Source of the DNA: Eledone cirrhosa
Lineage: Eukaryota
Direction of reading: 5' to 3'
Length of the DNA: 64,000 bases
Assembly: GCA_964016885.1 (NCBI GenBank)
Contig: OZ024743.1
Coordinates: 117,738,001 to 117,802,000 of the forward strand
Shown: piece by piece, positions 56,480 through 64,000 of the stretch
Layout: each line of letters begins with the position of its first letter
Position numbering within the stretch: position 1 is the first letter of the stretch
The notes under the pieces: generated by a model
What the model was told of the DNA's origin: nothing
Seen by the model: the letters and a program-made list of their open reading frames with translations, nothing else
Databases searched by the model: none
Position numbers and translations under genes: made by a program

Positions 56480-57105
56480 GAAAAGTAAAATTACGTTACC
56501 TGTTAATCTTTGTTTTGTTTTCTTTTATCTGTCCAATATTTCGGGACCTAAAAGTCCCTTCATCAGGGTTTAAGGAACTTTCAGTGCATAATGTTCCAAT
56601 TTCCTCTCTTTGGGATAAAATTTTGATTTTGATTAACATTTTCTCTAAGTCGTTTCCAATCGTTTTTCGGTGGTTATTTCACTTACCAAGTGAATGACGT
56701 GAAAAGCCAATATAGTATTTCACGAAATCAATTTTCTTTTTTGTATGTGATGTTTATGTTGTGTGCCTGTACGTGTGTCTTTATATGTCAAGTACTGTGT
56801 GCTGAGTTCTAATATATTACTTATGTGCGGTCTGAGTCTATGTATGAGTAAACTTCCTTAATTCTTAAGTTGCCCATATTTCTATCACTGGCTTTAATGG
56901 TAGCTGTAATATGTTGGTTGATGTTTCTACATTGGTCAATGTGTTTTATGAATGATGATGTGCGTGTGTGGAGTGCTCGAGTCATGCTACTAATGTAGAA
57001 CTCCTTACATATGTTGCATTCAATCCGACATACTTGTATCGCGGTTAGGGCAGTTAGAATACAAGATCGGAAAATTTGTGTTGGAATATTTGACTCTGGC
57101 ATCAA
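56480..57105 (-). mobile_element. Penelope-like 3' fragment: GIY-YIG remnant followed by HHR (56531-56570)
   Basis: QVCRIECNICKEFYISSMTRALHTR..KH..NLRIKE, then cc-CTGATGA-a-gggac..gtccc-GAAA-ta-TT-gg. Confidence 0.75.
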
Positions 57106-57121
57106 ATTGATCTAAATTACA

Positions 57122-57173
<52 letters not shown>

Positions 57174-57174
57174 C

Positions 57175-57368
57175 ATATAAGAACAAAAGATGGTTAAAAG
57201 AGTTCCATGTATTTTATTATTTGAAATGCGCATAATAAAATACATGGAACTCTTTTAACCATCTTTTGTTCTTATATATTATATATACTCCAGTCCTACA
57301 AACTGTAGAGTGCTTCTTATCCGATATCTGCATTGCTTTATTGTACTACAATAAAACTCACCTCCTAC

Positions 57369-57369
<1 letters not shown>
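57175..57369. mobile_element. Family C short fold-back centred at the GAAA/stem III region, plus tail
   Basis: gagttccatgtattttattat..gaaatgcgcataataaaatacatggaactc. Confidence 0.7.
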
Positions 57370-57438
<69 letters not shown>

Positions 57439-57849
57439 GTGTGTGTGTGTGTATAGATACATTAAATGTAATAAACATTATTTATAATTCCTATTTCTTT
57501 CAATTCTTTAACACATTACTCAAAAGATTTATTGAATCATACTCACTTATCACACAATTGTCAATGTTGCTTTCCTAACATTCTCATCTTCATTTCTGAC
57601 ACTCTTCATCTGTCATTTAAGAGAAAAGAATATAATACATAAGTAAAAAAATAACACTTCATTTTACTACATAATTTTTTTTTTTTTTTGTTTGATGGTG
57701 TTGCGTATAACATTTTCTTTCTCTCTGCAGTTTCTCTTTTTAGATGAAGGATTAATTTAATCTATTTCGTTTTAATGCATTGCTAAATGTTTCTAAAATA
57801 AGCTGTGGTGACCAACATGTATGAAATCCGATAGAAAAAGATAACATTA

Positions 57850-58070
57850 GCGATATGTTTTCTGATTCAAGCACAAGACCAGAGAGTATAGGGAAAAGGG
57901 AAAGTTGATTAAGTCGACCCCAGTGCGCCACTGGCCCTTTATTTTATCGACTCCATAAGGATGAAGGACGAAGCTCACCTCACCAAGATTTGAACTCTGA
58001 ACGTAAAGGGCCGTAACTCTATGCACGAAGCAGGGTGTCTTACGATCAACTGATACTGCCAATCTGCAAA
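57850..58070 (-). mobile_element. SINE (Meta-domain-like, diverged)
   Basis: Reverse strand cagagttcaaatc..gtccttcatccttatggagtcgataaaataaa. Confidence 0.65.
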
Positions 58071-58476
58071 GCCTGAACACACTAGAAATAGTAAACTGTA
58101 ACTGCAACCCAACTGCCACGATAACAACAACGCACACGACATGCTCACCACATTAAAAGGAGAGGAATGTGAAAGAAAATATGGGGGAGTGAGTAGACGA
58201 TAAGAGGTAGAGATAATACACCCTGCTTTGACCTCGACCCCACACCAGAATCTCATGAGCTCGTTTCCAAAACTTTAGTAGCATCGTTGTTACCTTGTTA
58301 GTTTGTCTTACGCCCTCTTCTTTAACAATGTCCACCACACAGATCAACCACCACATAGCGAACACACAACACAAGTGCACACGAACAGAGACGAACACAG
58401 GCGCACTCACTCATACACCTAAGCACTGACCACGAGATAGTCACCCAGGTACTACCCAGCCTGGCAGCACCCATAT

Positions 58477-58544
<68 letters not shown>

Positions 58545-59040
58545 AAAACTACTACGTGTATAGAAGTAGCTGAAAAGGAACAAATCATTCACTTATCTAT
58601 TCGCAGTTATAATGTGGTGAGCTCAGCCGTCGGGCACCAGCTTTTCACAATGAATATATATATATGTTTGTGTCTAAATAATGTGTTAATAATATGTTAG
58701 ATGTGGAGACTTCCATGACTTTTAAGAATAAACTATTATTCAACTTTAACACTTGCAAGCTAATGTCATAACAAAACCAGTTTTTGTATTCGAAATTGAA
58801 AGAATGTCACGCTGATATGTTCAAGGCAGTTCTGAACAGTGATACAGAGTAGTGTGGTCAAAGAAGGCGTAACATCTGACTGGAGATTGTGTGCATTTAA
58901 GTGTTGCAGCCATTCACAAGTCAGGTGATTTAACTAATGCATCAGAGAGCTAATGGTTAATGTATGTTGGTTAGTGAATATTTGTTAATCTGTAGTCAGA
59001 TTAACTTTGTATAAACATATGTTCCCATTTTTATATATAA

Positions 59041-59181
<141 letters not shown>

Positions 59182-59182
59182 T

Positions 59183-59279
<97 letters not shown>

Positions 59280-59289
59280 TGTGTGTGTG

Positions 59290-59400
59290 TACTGGAACCT
59301 CGGTTCATGAACTTAATTCGTTTCTGAAGGTCGTTCGTCACCCGAAATATTCGTGAACCGAAACTATTTTCCTCATACGAAATGTTGAGAGAGAAATACA
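59290..59400 (+). mobile_element. Possible Tigger/pogo-like transposon end
   Basis: tactggaacctcggttcatgaac..ttcgtgaaccgaa resembles a cagtggaacctcg-type TIR. Confidence 0.35.
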
Positions 59401-60003
59401 ATGAAAGAGAGAGACTGTGTGTGAAAGAGAAATAGAAATCACCATTGTAGCTAACTAAGATGTAGATTAAATCTGAAGGTATCGGGTTATTCTGTATGTT
59501 TCGTTTCGCAAACTAATTAATTAAATAATAAATAGAACAGATTGTATATTTTATGTATTAGATAAATTCAAATGTAGATAGAACTACAGTTTATTTTTTA
59601 CATAGAAACATTGCTGTGAAATGGATGAAGTGTAAACATATATGTATAACTAGGCTGAAAGATGAGCTATTTCCAGCAATCTTTCATACCTACCGAAAAT
59701 CCATCTATTACTCCCTGTATGGGCAACTGCCTATCATGTGAGATTTTTTCCTTTCGAAGATAGATATCCATATGTAGCGGTCATTTGAAAGTAGCCCTTG
59801 TGCAAAGAACATCCTCTGATAAACCTATATTCTCTCAATTTACGATAACCTATCAATAATTGTTCTTTATAAGGGGAAACTATGTTCGGGATATTTATTA
59901 TTGTAAGAAGGTAATTTTCTTATCTCGCTCTCTTGTCCCATCATGAATTTAAAACCCTCTGATTTAACTAATGGCGCAAAACATGTGATTGATGGATAAC
60001 TAT

Positions 60004-60082
<79 letters not shown>

Positions 60083-60086
<4 letters not shown>

Positions 60087-60300
60087 AACGAGTAGGACCC
60101 CGACGGCTGAGGTCAAGCCGTTTCGACGGCTAATTCTGGACTAAACAGAATTTTAGTCCAGAATATTACTCCAGAATTAGCCGTCGAAACGGCTTGAGCT
60201 CAGCCGTCGGGGTCCTACTCGTTCTTATTACCCATTCTACTACCCTAAGTATTGAGTACTTTGGTACTTTGGTACCTGGTTCCTTACCACATTTCATTCG

Positions 60301-60302
<2 letters not shown>
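60083..60302 (+). mobile_element. Family E hairpin element
   Basis: Same hairpin and tail; (TA)n on both sides. Confidence 0.8.
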
Positions 60303-60338
<36 letters not shown>

Positions 60339-60718
60339 ATGTGAGGTAGATATTTAATTAGTTCATTGTTTAACGTGTTTAACGATCATTTCAGATGGAT
60401 TATTGATCGTAGAAAATCGTCCACTATCAATCGACCCTCTGAAACGATCGTAAAACAATGAATAGTGTAGGCCCATTTACCGTTGTCAATATATACATTC
60501 TCGCCCACATCTTTCATAAAACACACTAGAAGGCAGCACCTCATTTTCTACTCCCAATTTCTCCTACACGCGGAACATGAATAAGTTGATGAGGGCTTGG
60601 CCGGAGAGAATATTCCTATTCTAAATCCTTCTAGGCGAGTCTACCATATATATATATATATATATATATCAATGTATAAGTGTGTATGATTGCATGAATG
60701 TGTCAACATCTGTGTGTG

Positions 60719-60786
<68 letters not shown>

Positions 60787-60793
60787 TTTATTT

Positions 60794-60838
<45 letters not shown>

Positions 60839-61589
60839 TACACACATGTATATGTGTGTGTGTGAAAATGTATAGATATTTGGATATTCTGTTCTGTATG
60901 TTTGTATGTTTGTATGTATGTATGTATGTATGTATGTATGTATGTATGTATGTATGCATGTATGTATGTATGCATGTATGAGTAACTTGATTAATTGTTC
61001 TGAGCGACATAGATGTTGTTTGCTAAATTGTCAGATCTCAATGGCGCCTCCAGTTCGCTTCTCTCTAGACCGTAAAAAAGCTACTCCATACATATTTTCC
61101 CTTTCCTTCCCCCCTCCCTTCTTCATTATTTCCCCCACCTCCACTCCAACCATATATGTCACAGCTTTTCTTTCTAAATTCTCTTCTTACTTTCATGCCC
61201 TTCTCCATTTCTGAATATCTCTACCTTACTCTCTTTTAAACTTCTTTCCTTTTTCAATTTTATCATTATAAATGTGTTGCTTTCTTCTCTTTTCTTCTTA
61301 GTCTCATACGTGTCTCTTCCACCCATCCTTTTCCTTCTTCTGCCTTATTCCGCCTGTGTCTCTAAGCCCCTCTCTCGCAATACCACCACCAGCGTACCTC
61401 ATTATTTCGTAGTATTTTCATATTTTCCCTTCTATCAAAATGTATTTCTTAATTTCCTTCTCTATCTAACGAATTCTATTTTAACTTTCTTCCGATTACT
61501 CTATTGCCCTTATAGGTACAGGTAAAGACACATGATTAAGAATTTCGTTTCGAAATGACGTGGTACCACGATCGGATCCATTGTGTGGC

Positions 61590-62370
61590 AATTTAGACCA
61601 GTCTCATTTATCAGAGCTGCGGTCGACGACGCATACTTTTGGAAAACTTTCAAGATCACCAGCCTGTTACAACGGATCTATAGCAGTCCCCAGAGTGACG
61701 TATGGTTGAACTGAGAGGCCTCCGACTGATTCCCCACCAACAGTGTTGTCAGACAGGGCCCCGACTTCAGGAATTTTGTCAGCTCCTTCAGTTACCTGGC
61801 CTCGACCATCACCAAAAATAAAGACCTGTCCCCAGAGATTAACCGCATATTCGGTCTGACCGCCGGGGTCATACACTTCCTATGGAAGCTCTTTTGGCGC
61901 CACTTCTCAAACTCCCGGAAGACGAAACTCCATATGTAGAACGCGACCATCTTCTCCATTCTCCTAACTGGAGCAAAAATGAGGCCTTTCACAAGGACTA
62001 TGGCAAAAGGGATCGACGGCTTCGGTAGCAAAGTGTTGTATGCGCCTAGGCATCAGCTTGCAGCCTCCTGCTTCATAGCCATCCAGCGCATGTGCTGATA
62101 CAGACATACACGCCCGTCAGATAATCCCATTACGACCTTTCTCTCGTTCGACGCATGAGCTACAGACTAGAAGAGGCCCCTTGGCGAGGTCCGCAACAGA
62201 TGGCTGGATGTGATTAAGAAAGATCTCCAGAGGCTATAATTCACCTTGAAGGTTTTAGAGGGACTGGCACGCGAATGCCAGCGATGGTATTACTGGTAGA
62301 CCTGTCTGCTCTAAGCATGATGACACTTTGGGACTGCTGACCTACGATGACCCCAGTCTGATCAAGCAAG
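61590..62370 (+). pseudogene. RTE-like LINE 3' fragment
   Basis: SFSYLA, EINRIFG, RKTKLHM*NATIFSILLTGA, RNRWLDVIKKDLQRL. Confidence 0.65.
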
Positions 62371-62630
62371 TGCAAAAAATAAGAAAGAAGATATATATAT
62401 ATATATATATATATTTATTAAAATAACAGATTAAAGTTTAAGCAAAGAATCGCTGCTTTCACCCTTAAGGGGATCTTCTGAAACTAACCCACATATATAT
62501 ATATGATTGTAGTTGGGGATCCCAATACGAACCTGTCCACCCTATCTTAAATAGCTTTCCTCAATTAAATCTCCTCGCCCACATTGAGCCTTCCTTTATT
62601 TTTATTCTGTCTGCTAGTGAAACGTTTGTT

Positions 62631-62770
62631 CTTGCCTGATGACCCTGTGATAAATTGGCGAAACTCCAGGAAACAAGCCTCACTATGTAGCCTTAATAAA
62701 ATGAATATTAAAACTCTACTTCGGTATTGAGTACTCTTTTCTGTAAGACATCAACAACATACGGAGATAT
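62631..62770 (+). mobile_element. pLTR-like remnant with degenerate HHR (62631-62677)
   Basis: cttgc-CTGATGA-ccctgtgataaattggc-GAAA-ctccag..aacaag. The tail ctctacttcggtattgagtac is shared, inverted, with 15880-15914. Confidence 0.5.
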
Positions 62771-62792
62771 ATATACACACACACACACAAAC

Positions 62793-62880
<88 letters not shown>

Positions 62881-62884
62881 TGAA

Positions 62885-63000
62885 GGCGTGTGGCTGAGTG
62901 GTTAGAGAATTGGATTCGCAATCGTAAGGTTGAGAGTTCGATTCCTGGACAGGGCGATGCGTTATGTCCTTGAGCAAGACACTTTATTTCACGTTGCTCC
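62885..63000 (+). mobile_element. tRNA-derived SINE 5' part
   Basis: tggctgagtggttag (A box), gagttcgattcc (B box), gtccttgagcaagacacttt. Confidence 0.8.
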
Positions 63001-63115
63001 TTCTACCTGGAGTTGCGACCGATAGATAGTATTAGCAATTGGAAAGACCAACGGAAACATTGTTTCCTCGGTCCGATTTGACGAAAGTCGATCGTTCCTA
63101 ATATATATATATATA

Positions 63116-63240
63116 TAACGAAGGAAATGTGATAAGGAACCAGGTGGACCATAACGCACCAAAGTATTCAATACTTAGGGTAGTAGAGTGGGTAATAGGA
63201 ACCAGTAAGACCCCGTCGGCTGAGCTCAAGCCGTTTCGAC
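63116..63240 (-). mobile_element. Family E element, truncated at stem II
   Basis: Reverse of tail + gaccccgtcggctgagctcaagccgtttcgac; (TA)n on the left. Confidence 0.75.
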
Positions 63241-64000
63241 TAAATGAAAATTTATGCTGGTATATAAATAGCCGAGCTTCTCAAGGGGTAATTCCATATA
63301 TGGTCAAAGTGATTGTCACAAGCATTGGTCACAAGTTAGTAGTAATTCTGTGATGGCAAATTAGTGGGGGAGAGGGTGGCTAAACCTGCCAGTAGGAGAA
63401 AAAGGGGAGGGGTGGAGTAGACCCAATCATGCGTTGGTAGTGCCGGATACAGCTGGGCATGAGGTCAAAGAAGATACTAGGGAGGGGGAGGGGGAGGAAG
63501 TCGAAACGGTAAGTAGAACCATGAAGGGTAAAAATATATAAGAAAAAAATACTGAGAGTGATAAAAAGCGAATAAATGTAAAGAAAAAATATAAGCAATT
63601 TCTACGACCTAAGTTTCTAGCTATTGCTAGGCTAGATAAATAAATAAATAAAGAAAGAAATAAAGAAAGAAATAGGCGGGGTGGATTCTGAATTTATTTT
63701 TCCGTATTCTACTTTTACCTCGTACGAACTTTCATGTAGCTTGTATAAGAACTTTTGTAGCGTGGCGGTACCATTAGAGTTAGCATTAGTATATTTGTTT
63801 CGGGACTCAGAATTATTATCTCGTACTAGTTTACTTTTCTGCACTGGGTGGTTGCTGGCCTTGTGCCCGGGGTAGAAACCTTTATTAATTATTTCGTGGT
63901 AGTTTCTTTAGTATTTTGGCCCCCATTGTTGACCCGTCACCGTATGATATACGTACTTATACCTCTTAAAAGGGTCCTTTCCTATTCCGTCCCACATAGT

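Noticed and set aside
62885-62960. tRNA gene
   Set aside because: A and B boxes run into a SINE body shared with 17735 and 22700; no complete cloverleaf.

Overview
AT-rich eukaryotic (animal) DNA that is intergenic or intronic, saturated with (TA)n, (CA)n, (GA)n and (TACA)n microsatellites and decayed transposons. The SINE types and repeat density suggest an octopus or other cephalopod genome; this is inference. No host protein-coding gene is supportable, and almost all ORF-track entries are microsatellite artefacts. Recognisable elements are a near-full-length R4/Dong-type (RLE) LINE sitting in (TACA)n, RTE and CR1-group LINE fragments, a mariner remnant, Helitrons, tRNA-derived SINEs, and Penelope-like RT and GIY-YIG fragments. 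The main signal is a dense set of type I hammerhead ribozyme (HHR) motifs from roughly 10-12 unrelated sequence families. Most lie in short non-coding fold-back (inverted) or tandem elements wedged into (TA)n tracts, resembling Penelope pLTRs or retrozymes. Several show unusual features: ~100-nt stem II insertions, a CUUGAGAA core variant, compensatory stem I changes, circularly permuted monomers, and arms from different subfamilies. All folds were done by eye; coordinates are approximate to a few bases.
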